A DNA stretch of 44,701 nt, filler included, from an uncultured bacterium (GTDB lineage: Bacteria; AUK180): NCBI GenBank assembly GCA_937863565.1. It is 3 parts of 3 records of this genome, joined end to end, with 100 filler letters (N's around TTAATTAATTAA, not from the genome) between each part and the next. Parts side by side here need not be neighbours in the genome. Positions count along the whole stretch, not along the records: positions 13,802 to 36,325 come from CALMGJ010000034.1; 2 more parts are not named here. The stretch is one strand, 5' to 3'. Each line of letters begins with the position of its first letter. Position 1 is the first letter of the stretch. The position numbers were made by a program, and so were the translations under genes. Below the pieces are notes generated by a model. The model was not told where the DNA came from. It searched no databases and was given only the letters and a program-made list of their open reading frames with translations. Positions 18,317 through 28,379 of the stretch are shown here, one piece after another.

Positions 18317-19739
18317 AAGGATTGACGGTTTCAGAACATGCGGATTGAAATACTACGATACGTATATCGCACCCAAAACGGAAAAACCGAAGTGGTCTGA
18401 AGACCCTGCCGTTTCTGCGATCTCCGCCAATATCAAAAGGGCCTTCGAGGCCTCTTCCACGCTGTTCAGGGGAAAATTGCCCGGTATACTCGATAGAGTG
18501 AGGGAGGAGGAACTGAAATTCGAAAAAGAAAAGCTTCTTTTTTTCGAGAAGTCCCTTCACGGATTCCTCGCGCAGCATAAATTTTCCGCCTATGAAGCGC
18601 CGCAGAAACCGTTCTTCCTCGATGCCGTGAACGATTACGGTTACTTCTCGAAACCGGAATGCGTGGTCAAGATCGACGGCAGGAAAACCTTCGTATTTAT
18701 AAATTTCTGGGGCAATTCCAAGATCAAGGAAACGCTCTCTACGGATGCGGAGCATCTCATCAATGTGCACGTCTTGAAAAGCAAGTTCAAGGACCCCGTC
18801 TCCATTCTGTACCTTTTCCCAAATAACGGTCATATCCTTTTCTCGGAAATTGACGATGAGGCGGCGTTAAACGCGGCATCGTTCCTTTCAGAATTCCTGA
18901 ACGATCTCGGAAAGGGAGATTTCTCAGCCCGCCGCAATCCGTTATGCGACTGGTGCGATTCCCGTCCCGACTGCCCGGGATGGAAGGGGATCGCATCGCT
19001 TCCGCCTCAGCGCAGCCGCGATCTTTTCAGGCTCAGCTATTCCAAGCTCGACCTGTTTAAAAGGTGCCCGTTCGCATATAAAAAACTATATATCGACAAG
19101 GTGCCGCAGAGGCCCAGAGACTTTTTCTCGATCGGCTCAACGATCCATCTTGCTATGGAAGAGATATTCAAACTCCCCGCGCTTCCCGAAAAAAGCGCTG
19201 TTACCAATATATTCCACCATTGCTGGGTCTCTCTGGGTTTCAGCGATAAGGCGGACGAGAAAAAACAGAAAGAGGATGCTCTGAGCTATTTCCTCAAGTA
19301 CATAGATACGGTAGTCGCCCCGGATTTCGCAAAGGCTTTTGAGACGGAATATTATTTTCAGCAGCCCGTTCAAGACAGCGTGATCGTGAACGGTTTTATA
19401 GACAGGGTGGACAAAAAGGGCGATACGTACGAAATCGTAGATTATAAAACAGAGGATTCGCTCCGCACACAGGAGGAACTCGATAACGATCTGCAGCTGA
19501 CTCTTTATTTCTGGGCTGCGCGTCGGATCGGCTGGAACATATCCCGGCTTGCCCTTCATTTCGTAAGATTCTCCAAGGTCATGTACACGACAAGAGAACC
19601 CGGGTCCCTGGATGCATTCGAGCATGAGATGATCGAATGGTTCGGAAAGATAAAGAAGGAAACGGAATTCGCCCCCAAAGAGAATAAATACTGCGCCAAC
19701 TGCGATCATAATAAGAACGGCTGCCCATTATTCAAATGA
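18288..19739 (+). CDS. Tandem RecB/AddB/Cas4-like PD-(D/E)XK nuclease with two Fe-S staples
   Basis: C-terminal half: LSYSKL..F.RCP, G..IH, GFIDRVD, IVDYKT, QL.LY, CANC..CP. N-terminal half: FRTCG and CDWC.....CP but no catalytic motif. Confidence 0.85.
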   Translation: MTMKVWINAKRIDGFRTCGLKYYDTYIAPKTEKPKWSEDPAVSAISANIKRAFEASSTLFRGKLPGILDRVREEELKFEKEKLLFFEKSLHGFLAQHKFSAYEAPQKPFFLDAVNDYGYFSKPECVVKIDGRKTFVFINFWGNSKIKETLSTDAEHLINVHVLKSKFKDPVSILYLFPNNGHILFSEIDDEAALNAASFLSEFLNDLGKGDFSARRNPLCDWCDSRPDCPGWKGIASLPPQRSRDLFRLSYSKLDLFKRCPFAYKKLYIDKVPQRPRDFFSIGSTIHLAMEEIFKLPALPEKSAVTNIFHHCWVSLGFSDKADEKKQKEDALSYFLKYIDTVVAPDFAKAFETEYYFQQPVQDSVIVNGFIDRVDKKGDTYEIVDYKTEDSLRTQEELDNDLQLTLYFWAARRIGWNISRLALHFVRFSKVMYTTREPGSLDAFEHEMIEWFGKIKKETEFAPKENKYCANCDHNKNGCPLFK

Positions 19740-21364
19740 GGATCGTCGAAAGACCATCCGGCCGCAGCGGATTTCAGCTCCCCGAACTTATAGACAGGCT
19801 TCTGTATTCCAGAGGGATCAGAACCGAAGAAGCGCTTGAAGAATATTTCAATCCGAGATACTCGAAGATCTCATGCTTCACGAATAAGGAAATGGTCCGC
19901 CCCGTCGCCGATTTTATCAGGGAGTGCATTTCTTCGGGAGAAATGCTCGCCATTTACGGAGATTATGATGTGGACGGCATCACCGCCTCGGCGATCCTGA
20001 AGAAGACAGTGGAGCGTCTCGGCGGCAAGGTGATGAATTATATACCGAACCGCTTTGAGGAAGGTTACGGGATCAGGAAAGAGGGGCTGGACAAACTGGC
20101 CTCCGCCGGCATTAAAAAGGCCGTCAGCGTGGATTGCGGGATCAGTTCCGCCGCGGAAGCTGAATATGCCGTTCGTCTCGGCATCGAACTTGTGATCACC
20201 GACCATCATGAGATCCCGGAGATACTTCCCGGAGGGCTCTGCTACGATCCGAAGACCGGGTCTCCCGATTCGGCCGCCTATGATCTTTCCGCGGCGGGTA
20301 TCGCATTCTTCATTGCCATGGACCTTCTCGGCCATCCTGTACCGGATGATTTCGTCAAGGAACTGACCGCCCTTTCCGCTCTAGGCACCATAGCGGATAT
20401 TGTCCCTATGACAAAAGACAACAGGATAATCGCTTCCCTCGGGATCAATGCGATCAATTCATTGTATATCAGGGGCATTGAAGAAATACTTTCCGTTGCA
20501 TCCGTGAAAAAGCCCGTGGATGCATGGCATGTTTCCTTTGTTATCGCGCCTCGGCTCAATGCCGCCGGCCGGTTCACGACCGCTCAGACCGCTTTTGAGA
20601 TCTTCTTCAGCGGCGATCCCCTGGTGACTGCGCGTGCTCTTGACAGCGTGAACGCGGAAAGAAGGGCTCTTCAGGAGGAGATATTCAAGCATGCCCGAAC
20701 GGCAGCGGCCGGCGAAACAGGTCCTTCGATCATTCTCTCTTCGCCGGAATTCAACAGAGGCGTCAACGGTATAGTTGCTTCAAAGATAGTGGAGGAATTC
20801 AGAAAACCCGCCTTCCTTTTCGAGGAGAGCGAAGGGGTCCTTTACGGCTCGGGAAGGAGCGTGGGAGATATAGATCTTACGGCGGTTCTGAAACAATGCC
20901 GCGAGTTCTTCCTTTCTTTCGGCGGCCATAAAATGGCGGCCGGAGCAAGGATGGAGGCGGCAGCATTTCCCGCTTTCAAGAAAAAGTTCATTGAAACGCT
21001 TTTTGCAATGTACGGCGATATACTTGATGCCGAAGAGACGGTCCTCGTGGATATGAGGGCCGAGATCGCCGATTTCAACGCGGAGGTCTTCCGTTTAATG
21101 GACAAGATGGCCCCGTTCGGCACGGATAACCCGAAACCGGTATTCTTCTTTGAAGGTGTGAAGATATTGAACGGCCCCCGTATCCTAAAGGACAAATACA
21201 AGTTCTACGAGGCGAGCCAGGGCGGCGTGCCTTTTGAGATCTGCGATTGGTCGGGAAGATCCGGGTTTGGAAGAAATGATACAATAGGTGTACTAGGTTT
21301 TCCTTTTTTAGACAATTTCAGAAATAGGCGGCAAGTTAAAATTAACCTTTATAAAAGCATTTAG
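19736..21364 (+). CDS. recJ: Single-stranded DNA exonuclease RecJ
   Basis: YGDYDVDG, PNRFEEGYG, VDCG, TDHH, GTIADIVP, PRLNAAGR and GGHKMAAG motifs. Confidence 0.97.
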   Translation: MRIVERPSGRSGFQLPELIDRLLYSRGIRTEEALEEYFNPRYSKISCFTNKEMVRPVADFIRECISSGEMLAIYGDYDVDGITASAILKKTVERLGGKVMNYIPNRFEEGYGIRKEGLDKLASAGIKKAVSVDCGISSAAEAEYAVRLGIELVITDHHEIPEILPGGLCYDPKTGSPDSAAYDLSAAGIAFFIAMDLLGHPVPDDFVKELTALSALGTIADIVPMTKDNRIIASLGINAINSLYIRGIEEILSVASVKKPVDAWHVSFVIAPRLNAAGRFTTAQTAFEIFFSGDPLVTARALDSVNAERRALQEEIFKHARTAAAGETGPSIILSSPEFNRGVNGIVASKIVEEFRKPAFLFEESEGVLYGSGRSVGDIDLTAVLKQCREFFLSFGGHKMAAGARMEAAAFPAFKKKFIETLFAMYGDILDAEETVLVDMRAEIADFNAEVFRLMDKMAPFGTDNPKPVFFFEGVKILNGPRILKDKYKFYEASQGGVPFEICDWSGRSGFGRNDTIGVLGFPFLDNFRNRRQVKINLYKSI

Positions 21365-21400
21365 CATGTGGAACGGAAATTGTAAAAATGAAAATAGAGG

Positions 21401-21428
21401 TTGAAAAAAATGAAAAAAATGGTATTAT
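21401..21428 (+). promoter_or_regulatory. Sigma70-type promoter
   Basis: TTGAAA-N16-TATTAT with TGn extension, before the AAGGAG RBS and ATG at 21446. Confidence 0.5.
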
Positions 21429-21445
21429 ATCCTAAAGGAGCGAAT

Positions 21446-22831
21446 ATGAAAAAGAAGATTCTTTTCATTGCGCTGTTATTGCTCGCGTCGATCATTGTGA
21501 ACGCAGACTATTACAGGGATTATAATCAGGGTATTAAATTCCTCGAGATAGGGAATTACAATGACGCGGAAAGCAAACTCCTCGATGCATTAAAGGCAAA
21601 ACCCGATTTCACGCAGGCCAACTGGGCTCTTATCAAGATATATCTTCTCAGAAAGGAATATCCGAAAGTGCTCGAGCAGTGCGATCAGATAATCAAATTC
21701 AGAGCGAAAGAAACATCCGCCTATGTGACAAAAGCGGATACGTTCATGAAACTGCAGAGATATAAGGAAGCAAGATATACGCTGGATAAGCTATTCGCGA
21801 TCGATCCCAAAAGCGTTGAGGGCAAGCTCATCGGGGCCGACCTAAGTGTCAAGGAAGGGAATACTGACGAAGCCGCGAGGATGCTCAAGGAGATCATCGA
21901 TCTTGCTCCCGGGTCCTTTGTGGACATATGCAAAAGGCTCGGCCAGATCTATGTGGAAAAAAGTAATTTCGCCGAAGCGGAGAAATACCTCAAGATGGCT
22001 GTGGAAAAGGATACCAAAGACGAAAAGAACACACTGAAAACACTTGCCTACGCGTATTTCAAGAACCAGCAATTCGACAAAGGCGCGGAGACGCTCTCCA
22101 AGGTAGCCGAAAAGAAGCTGGACGAGAAGGACCTGGAATGGCTCGGCGTGGCATTTAAAAAGACCGGAGATGCGGATAAGGCGATCCTGTACTATGAAAA
22201 ACTGTATGCTAAAAATCCGAAACTCCAGAAAGTGGCCTCGGAACTGGCTGAATTGTACAAGGTCAAAGGCAATACCGTAAAGGCGGCGGAATACATGAAG
22301 AAGGCGAGCGAGGGAGGGGATTACACGGCTTTGTATAAATTGGGCAGCGATCTTCTCGCCAAGCAGAAATATGCGGAAGCGATCCCTCATTTCGAGAAAT
22401 CGATCAATGCGAATGCCGGTTTTTACGGCTCCTGGTATGCTCTCGGGATGTGCTATTACAAGACCGGACAGAAGGACAAGGCGCTCAAGGCTTTCGAAAA
22501 ATCCCTTGACCTCAAATCCGATTATCTGAACACATTGAGTTTTCTTGCCATCATATATGATGAAAGGAATCTGCTCGATAAGGCGAAAGACGTGAGCACG
22601 CAGATCGTTAAACTCAAACCGGACGATCCCGAAGCCTGGTTCGGCCTTGCGATGGTTTACGGCAAACTCGGCAATCATGACCTTTCTGCAGCCGCGTACG
22701 CAAAAGTGGTTGAACTCGATCCCAAGAACAAAGATGCCTGGTACAATCTTCATATCGCATACAATAATCTCGGCAATACAGGCCTTGCCGCGGATGCGCT
22801 GAAAAAATTCCAAGAACTTGGAGGTGAATAA
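21446..22831 (+). CDS. Exported tetratricopeptide-repeat protein
   Basis: Signal peptide [20 protein letters not shown]; many TPR units ([23 protein letters not shown]). Confidence 0.9.
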   Translation: MKKKILFIALLLLASIIVNADYYRDYNQGIKFLEIGNYNDAESKLLDALKAKPDFTQANWALIKIYLLRKEYPKVLEQCDQIIKFRAKETSAYVTKADTFMKLQRYKEARYTLDKLFAIDPKSVEGKLIGADLSVKEGNTDEAARMLKEIIDLAPGSFVDICKRLGQIYVEKSNFAEAEKYLKMAVEKDTKDEKNTLKTLAYAYFKNQQFDKGAETLSKVAEKKLDEKDLEWLGVAFKKTGDADKAILYYEKLYAKNPKLQKVASELAELYKVKGNTVKAAEYMKKASEGGDYTALYKLGSDLLAKQKYAEAIPHFEKSINANAGFYGSWYALGMCYYKTGQKDKALKAFEKSLDLKSDYLNTLSFLAIIYDERNLLDKAKDVSTQIVKLKPDDPEAWFGLAMVYGKLGNHDLSAAAYAKVVELDPKNKDAWYNLHIAYNNLGNTGLAADALKKFQELGGE

Positions 22832-22832
22832 T

Positions 22833-23393
22833 ATGGGCTTTCTAATCGGTTTTGCGGTTCTTATCCTTGTTCTCGTTTTCTGGTTCATCGGCGTATACAA
22901 CGGGCTCATCGTCCTCAGGAACAGGGTCAAGAACGCCTGGTCCCAGATCGATGTACAGCTGAAGAGGAGGCATGACCTTATACCCAATCTCGTGGAGATC
23001 TGCAAAGGGTATATGGAACACGAGAGAACGACTCTGGAAAATGTCATCAAGGCCCGCCAGCAGGCCGTGGATCTGAGGAATGCTGATCCGGCCGAAGTGG
23101 CCAAGATCGAAAATATGCTGACCCAGACGCTGAAAAGCCTTTTTGCGGTGGCTGAGAACTATCCTAACCTCAAGGCGAACGAGAATATGCTGAAACTCCA
23201 GGAGGAGCTCACGGCAACGGAGAATAAGATCTCTTTTGCCCGACAGCATTACAATGATCAGACCATGGAATACAATACGAAGATGGAGAGATTTCCCGAA
23301 AACATAGCCGCTTCGATAGGCAGATTCGAAAAGGCGAAATTCTTCGAGGTTGAGAATCCCGAGGAGAGGAACGCTCCCAAGGTATCTTTCTGA
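22833..23393 (+). CDS. lemA: LemA family protein
   Basis: [28 protein letters not shown] and AENYPNLKA motifs; GGAGG RBS. Confidence 0.96.
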   Translation: MGFLIGFAVLILVLVFWFIGVYNGLIVLRNRVKNAWSQIDVQLKRRHDLIPNLVEICKGYMEHERTTLENVIKARQQAVDLRNADPAEVAKIENMLTQTLKSLFAVAENYPNLKANENMLKLQEELTATENKISFARQHYNDQTMEYNTKMERFPENIAASIGRFEKAKFFEVENPEERNAPKVSF

Positions 23394-23416
23394 CGGAACG
23401 CTGCGGTTAAGAGAGT

Positions 23417-24328
23417 ATGTATAAACTTATCGAAAAAAATAAAAGGAATTCAATATTTCTTTTTTCGGCGGTAACGGCCGTTCTCATCGCATTGGGATAT
23501 TTTATCGGCCTGTATCTTTTCGGTGAATCGCATTCTTATGCCGGAGTTCTGATCGCTCTTGCCATAGCGCTCATTACGGGCCTTGTTTCATATTACGGCG
23601 GGGATGCCGTCATACTCGGCATTTCAACTGCCAGAAAGGTCACAAAAGAACAGTATCAGGTCCTTTATAATGTCATAGAGGAGCTTACAATAGCATCGGG
23701 GCTTCCCATGCCGAAGATCTATGTGATAGAGGATTCGGCCCCGAATGCTTTCGCTACGGGCCGCGACCCGAAACACGCATCCGTTGCGATAACGACCGGG
23801 CTTCTTGATAAGCTCAACAGGGAAGAGCTTCAGGGAGTGATGGCCCATGAGATGTCTCATGTGCAGAATTATGATATTCTGTTCGGCACCATGATCGCCG
23901 TAATGGTCGGCTCCATAGTGATGCTTTCGGATTTCTTTTTGAGATCGATGTTCTATTCGGGCAACCGCCGCCGTTCGCGCGATTCCGGCAAGGGCGGCGG
24001 GGTAATGCTCCTGATCGCCCTGGTGCTTGCCGTCATAGCCCCTTTCCTGGCCAAGATCATCCAGTTCGCCGTATCCCGTCAGCGGGAATACCTTGCGGAT
24101 TCCTCCGCGGCAAAAATGACGCGCAACCCGATCGGGCTTGCCAATGCGCTTTCTAAGATCGCAAACGACACCGAACCGCTCGAGGCGGCAAATAAAGGAA
24201 CGCAGCATCTTTATATAGTGAACCCTCTCAAAAAAATGAAAAAGACCTCGGGCATCTTCGATACGCATCCGCCGCTCGAGGAGAGGGTAAGAAGATTAAA
24301 AGGTCTTCATCTGGGGATCAATCCATGA
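23417..24328 (+). CDS. htpX: M48 zinc membrane protease HtpX
   Basis: PNAFATG, HEMSH, SRQREYLAD and THPP motifs. Confidence 0.95.
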   Translation: MYKLIEKNKRNSIFLFSAVTAVLIALGYFIGLYLFGESHSYAGVLIALAIALITGLVSYYGGDAVILGISTARKVTKEQYQVLYNVIEELTIASGLPMPKIYVIEDSAPNAFATGRDPKHASVAITTGLLDKLNREELQGVMAHEMSHVQNYDILFGTMIAVMVGSIVMLSDFFLRSMFYSGNRRRSRDSGKGGGVMLLIALVLAVIAPFLAKIIQFAVSRQREYLADSSAAKMTRNPIGLANALSKIANDTEPLEAANKGTQHLYIVNPLKKMKKTSGIFDTHPPLEERVRRLKGLHLGINP

Positions 24329-24873
24329 AAGAATATGAATACTCGCTTCAACTGATGGGAAGGAACGTGAAGAACGTGAACCTAAGGAAACATATGCTCT
24401 CATGCGCCGCCGCGATGGAAGCGCTCGCGCGGCTCTTTAACGAGGATACACTTTTATGGAAAACAGTGGGCATACTGCATGACATAGATTATGAACTTAC
24501 TTCGGACGATTTCTCATTCCACGGGATACGCGGAAAACAGCTGCTTAAAGAAGAAGGTTATTCCGATACCGTCTGCGATGCCGTGGAGGCCCATGTGGGG
24601 AATACTCCTCGTGAAACGAAACTAAAAAAGGCGATCTATTCGGTAGACCCGCTCACAGGGATCATCGTAGCCTGCGCGCTTATCCGTCCGGAAAAGAAAC
24701 TCGGACCTTTAGACGTGGAATTCGTGAAAAAACGCATGACGGAGAAAAGGTTTGCCGCGAACGCCTCCAGGCAACCTATATACGATTCCGTTGAACTGGG
24801 CATTACAATGGAGGAGTTCATCGGCACGGTGCTTGACTCTATGAAGGGAATATCGGCCGATCTGGGGCTTTAA
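24325..24873 (+). CDS. HD-domain (HDIG-type) phosphohydrolase
   Basis: LRKH, GILHDIDYE, HG, D.LTG.I.A.AL.RP and K.FAA motifs. Confidence 0.88.
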   Translation: MKEYEYSLQLMGRNVKNVNLRKHMLSCAAAMEALARLFNEDTLLWKTVGILHDIDYELTSDDFSFHGIRGKQLLKEEGYSDTVCDAVEAHVGNTPRETKLKKAIYSVDPLTGIIVACALIRPEKKLGPLDVEFVKKRMTEKRFAANASRQPIYDSVELGITMEEFIGTVLDSMKGISADLGL

Positions 24874-24874
24874 T

Positions 24875-26035
24875 ATGAAGATGATCAAATATAAAAACTC
24901 CGATCTGGATAAGATATGGAACATCATTTCCGTATCTTTCGGCGTTAAGGACTCGTTCAAAGAGTTCATAAAGAAAGAGCTGTCACATTTCAAGGGCTAC
25001 TACATCGAGGAAGCGGGACTCCCTGCTGCTGCGGCATTCTACGGCATGTACGAGATGAATTTCTTCGGCGTAACGGTGAAGGTCCCGGGGATATCCTTTG
25101 TTTGCACGCTGCCGGAATTCCGCAACCGCGGATACGTAAGAGCGCTTCTTGAACGGATGCTCAAGGACTTCATTTCGATGAGATATCCGTTCTCCACGCT
25201 GTACGCTTTCAAGATGCAGTATTACCGCAAATTCGGATGGGGATATATGTGCGAGAGCCGGAGATATGAGATCCCTCCCGAAATAATCGGCAGGCCTCAG
25301 GAGAAGGGCCTCTACGGCATTGAATACCTTTCTGAAGAGAAGATAAAGGATTATGTGGGATATTTCAATCAGGAGCACTTCCCGAAATATCACGGCAGTT
25401 TTAAAAAGGCCGTTCATCGCGAGAAGCATTACAGGGATTTCTCCATAGAAGGCAAAGGCGTTTCCCTTTACAAGATGTGCGCGATGAAAAAGGGCGGAAA
25501 GATCAAAGGCGTGTTCACATTCGGCATAGACCAGGAAAAAAAGCTTAATATTTACGAAGCCTTCTGGAGCGACAGAACAGCACTTTTCACGCTTCTCAAT
25601 TTCATGGCTAATTTCCGCGATCAGAGCAAGGAGATCATTATCTCCCTCGCCCCCGATCAGAGAATGGAATATCTGATGGAGACCACATATTTCTCAAAGG
25701 AGATCAAGACAAGGCAGATGGGAAGGATCGTTTCTCTTCCGGATTTCGTGAAACTTATCGACCTTGAGGACGGAGAATACGAACTCAATGTGCGCGACGC
25801 CCAGTGCGCCGGCAATACCGGACGGTTCATTATCAGCCGTTCCCGGGGAAAAACCCGTATCGTGAAGAAACCCTTATCCGGTCCGGCCCTCGAGCTCTCT
25901 GTGTTGACAGGCCTTATCTTTCTTGAGGATATGAGGGGTATGTATACATCGAACGCCATGGTCAGCCCGTCCGCGGCCAAGTTCCTTCGCGCCATGAAGG
26001 GTATTAAGCCTTCACATGTAACCGAATTCTACTGA
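24875..26035 (+). CDS. Eis-like GNAT acetyltransferase
   Basis: V.TLPEFRNRGY acetyl-CoA motif, YYRKFGW, and C-terminal V.D..C..N.G.F (SCP2-like region). Confidence 0.88.
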   Translation: MKMIKYKNSDLDKIWNIISVSFGVKDSFKEFIKKELSHFKGYYIEEAGLPAAAAFYGMYEMNFFGVTVKVPGISFVCTLPEFRNRGYVRALLERMLKDFISMRYPFSTLYAFKMQYYRKFGWGYMCESRRYEIPPEIIGRPQEKGLYGIEYLSEEKIKDYVGYFNQEHFPKYHGSFKKAVHREKHYRDFSIEGKGVSLYKMCAMKKGGKIKGVFTFGIDQEKKLNIYEAFWSDRTALFTLLNFMANFRDQSKEIIISLAPDQRMEYLMETTYFSKEIKTRQMGRIVSLPDFVKLIDLEDGEYELNVRDAQCAGNTGRFIISRSRGKTRIVKKPLSGPALELSVLTGLIFLEDMRGMYTSNAMVSPSAAKFLRAMKGIKPSHVTEFY

Positions 26036-26051
26036 TACTCGTTTTCTTTTG

Positions 26052-26774
26052 ATGAAGATAGTGCTCACAAACGACGACGGATATAACGCTCCCGGCATTT
26101 CCGCCTTGAAAGATAAGTTATCCGCCATGGGATATGAAACCGTCGTAATAGCCCCGGACAGGGACAATTCCGCCATATCGCACTCCATTACTCTCGGGAA
26201 GAACATTGCCATAGAACCGGCGGGAAAAGGCGTCTACAAGATCGCCGGCACTCCCGCCGACTGTGTTATGCTCTCTAAGAAAGCCGGACTTCTGGAAGAT
26301 GCCGCGCTGGTCATTTCGGGAATAAACCGCGGCGGCAATATGGGAGAGGATGTCCATTATTCGGGCACCGTTGCCGCGGCGATGGAAGCCGGTTTTTGCG
26401 GATTTAAGTCAATGGCGCTCTCCGTCAACAGCAAGAAACCCGTCCACTACGGCGCGGTCTTTCCCTTTCTCGGCGCGCTGATAGAGGAAACGCTCAGGAT
26501 CAAAGGGCAGTACATACTGAATGCGAATTATCCGGATATACCGGTTTTGAAAGGCCTGGAATGGACATATCTGGGAAAGAGGGAGTACATAGACCACGTT
26601 GAGATAGAGAAGAAGCCCGACGGCACGCTGAACGTTCTCAACCGGCCTTCGGAGAACATACCGTCCCTTCTTAAGGGTTCGGATTACTATGCGCTCAGCA
26701 AGGGTAAGATCTCCGTGACTCCGCTTAAACTCGATTGGACCGACAATGCGCTTCTTCGAAGAAAAAGGAAATGA
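26052..26774 (+). CDS. surE: 5'/3'-nucleotidase SurE
   Basis: ILTNDDG-type motif (IVLTNDDG), GTPADCV, SGINRGGN and YSGTVAAAME. Confidence 0.96.
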   Translation: MKIVLTNDDGYNAPGISALKDKLSAMGYETVVIAPDRDNSAISHSITLGKNIAIEPAGKGVYKIAGTPADCVMLSKKAGLLEDAALVISGINRGGNMGEDVHYSGTVAAAMEAGFCGFKSMALSVNSKKPVHYGAVFPFLGALIEETLRIKGQYILNANYPDIPVLKGLEWTYLGKREYIDHVEIEKKPDGTLNVLNRPSENIPSLLKGSDYYALSKGKISVTPLKLDWTDNALLRRKRK

Positions 26775-27388
26775 ACCGCCGTCTTATAGATATTCTGATA
26801 AAGGATTTCTCGGTTTACGACAGAAATATCCTTGATGCGTTCAAGAAGACCGACAGGAGCCTTTTTATCCCGGCGGAATACGGCCGCGTAGCCGGGCAGA
26901 ATATCGCCATCCCGCTCATGAACGGCCAAACATCCACAAAACCCTCGACCATAGCCCGTTTTTTAAATTTTCTTTCCCGATACGGATATTCGGACATCAT
27001 CGAGATAGGAACGGGCAGCGGATACCAAACGGCCCTGTTGTCTCTTCTTTACAAGAAAGTGATCTCCTACGAGATCGATCCGGAGCTCTACGAATGGGCA
27101 GGGAAACGTCTTGCAGCGTACGGCAATGTCACCTTGCGGCTCGGGAACATATTCCGCGAACCTCCAACTGAAATGGCCGATGCAGTCATCGCTTCTTTCG
27201 CGATATGCGCCGACCTCGAAAATCTTAACGAACTCATTCGCGAGGGCGGTTCGATACTGGCTCCGGTGCTAAAAGGCAACAACCAGTTCCTGTTGCATAT
27301 TTTTAAAGAAAATGGTAAAATAACTAATAATTATTTGAATTACGAGCATTTCGTAAAGCATAGAGGATTGGCAGAAAATGAACAATGA
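26771..27388 (+). CDS. pcm: Protein-L-isoaspartate O-methyltransferase (divergent)
   Basis: EIGTGSGYQTALL, R..FIP and GQT; conserved surE-pcm order; ATGA overlap with surE. Confidence 0.85.
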   Translation: MNRRLIDILIKDFSVYDRNILDAFKKTDRSLFIPAEYGRVAGQNIAIPLMNGQTSTKPSTIARFLNFLSRYGYSDIIEIGTGSGYQTALLSLLYKKVISYEIDPELYEWAGKRLAAYGNVTLRLGNIFREPPTEMADAVIASFAICADLENLNELIREGGSILAPVLKGNNQFLLHIFKENGKITNNYLNYEHFVKHRGLAENEQ

Positions 27389-28379
27389 ACTCACATCTGA
27401 GATCCGGAAGGACCCTATCGTCGGAAGATGGGTGATAATCGGCAAAGACAAGGGCTATATGCCTCCCATAGAAGAGCATATTCAAAGGTCCGAAGGCGTC
27501 AATTGCCCTTTTTGCGCAGGTGCTGAGGATAAAACGCCTCCTGAGATCTTTTCGGTCAAAGACAGCTCCGGAAAATGGCGCATCAGGGTCATTCCCAATA
27601 AATTCCCGGCGCTTGTGACCGAAGGGAATCCCGACCGGAGCGGGATCGGTATATTCGACAGGATGAACGGGATCGGAGCTCATGAGGTGATCATCGAAAC
27701 GCCTGAACATAAAAAGGCCATTTCAGACCTCAGCAAAGAAGAGTATACCGATGTTCTTAAAACCTATCAGGCGAGGATCCGCGACCTGAAAAAGGATGCC
27801 AGGTTCAGATATGTCCTCGTTTTCAAGAACGAAGGGGAGAAGGCCGGGTCTTCCGTTGAGCATTCGCATTCTCAGCTCATCGCAACACCTATCATCCCCA
27901 AAAGGGTCTATGAAGAGATCAACGGTTCGAAGTTCTATTTCGAATACAAGAAAAGATGCATTTTTTGCGATATCATTCAGCATGATTCTAAATTCTTTCC
28001 GGAACGGGTCGTTTTCCAGAATGACGATTTCATCATCCTGTCACCCTTTGCGGCAAGGTTCCCGTTCGAGACATGGATACTGCCCAAGGAGCATGCTTCG
28101 GCTTTCGAGGATTCTTCAGACGCTCTCCTTCTATCGCTTTCAGAAGCCGTTCTTTTCCTCCTGGTATCGCTGAACCGCATCCTGGGGAATCCTCCCTATA
28201 ATATCATCCTTCATAATTCACCTCTTAAAAATGATTGCGCCGAATTCTATCACTGGCATCTCGAGATCATCCCGAAGATAAAAACGATAGCCGGTTTCGA
28301 ATGGGGCACGGGCTTTTATATAAATCCTTTAAGCCCCGAAGAAGCGGGTACGTATCTGAAAAAGGGCGGTGAGGGATGA
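27378..28379 (+). CDS. galT: GalT-family (HIT) hexose-1-phosphate nucleotidyltransferase
   Basis: EIRKDP...WVII, CPFC, PNKFPAL, HEVIIETP, HSHSQ, HWH and AGFEWGTG motifs. Confidence 0.9.
   Translation: MNNELTSEIRKDPIVGRWVIIGKDKGYMPPIEEHIQRSEGVNCPFCAGAEDKTPPEIFSVKDSSGKWRIRVIPNKFPALVTEGNPDRSGIGIFDRMNGIGAHEVIIETPEHKKAISDLSKEEYTDVLKTYQARIRDLKKDARFRYVLVFKNEGEKAGSSVEHSHSQLIATPIIPKRVYEEINGSKFYFEYKKRCIFCDIIQHDSKFFPERVVFQNDDFIILSPFAARFPFETWILPKEHASAFEDSSDALLLSLSEAVLFLLVSLNRILGNPPYNIILHNSPLKNDCAEFYHWHLEIIPKIKTIAGFEWGTGFYINPLSPEEAGTYLKKGGEG

Noticed and set aside
18300..18330. 6S RNA expected after zapA
   Set aside because: There is no intergenic space, since the nuclease gene overlaps the zapA end.
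18288..19739. CRISPR-associated cas4
   Set aside because: No cas1/cas2 or repeat-spacer array in the window; the context is housekeeping.
21842..23104. 420-aa minus-strand ORF (likewise 30235-31362, 13936-14799 and other overlapping ORFs)
   Set aside because: Antisense to well-supported genes; expected from codon bias.
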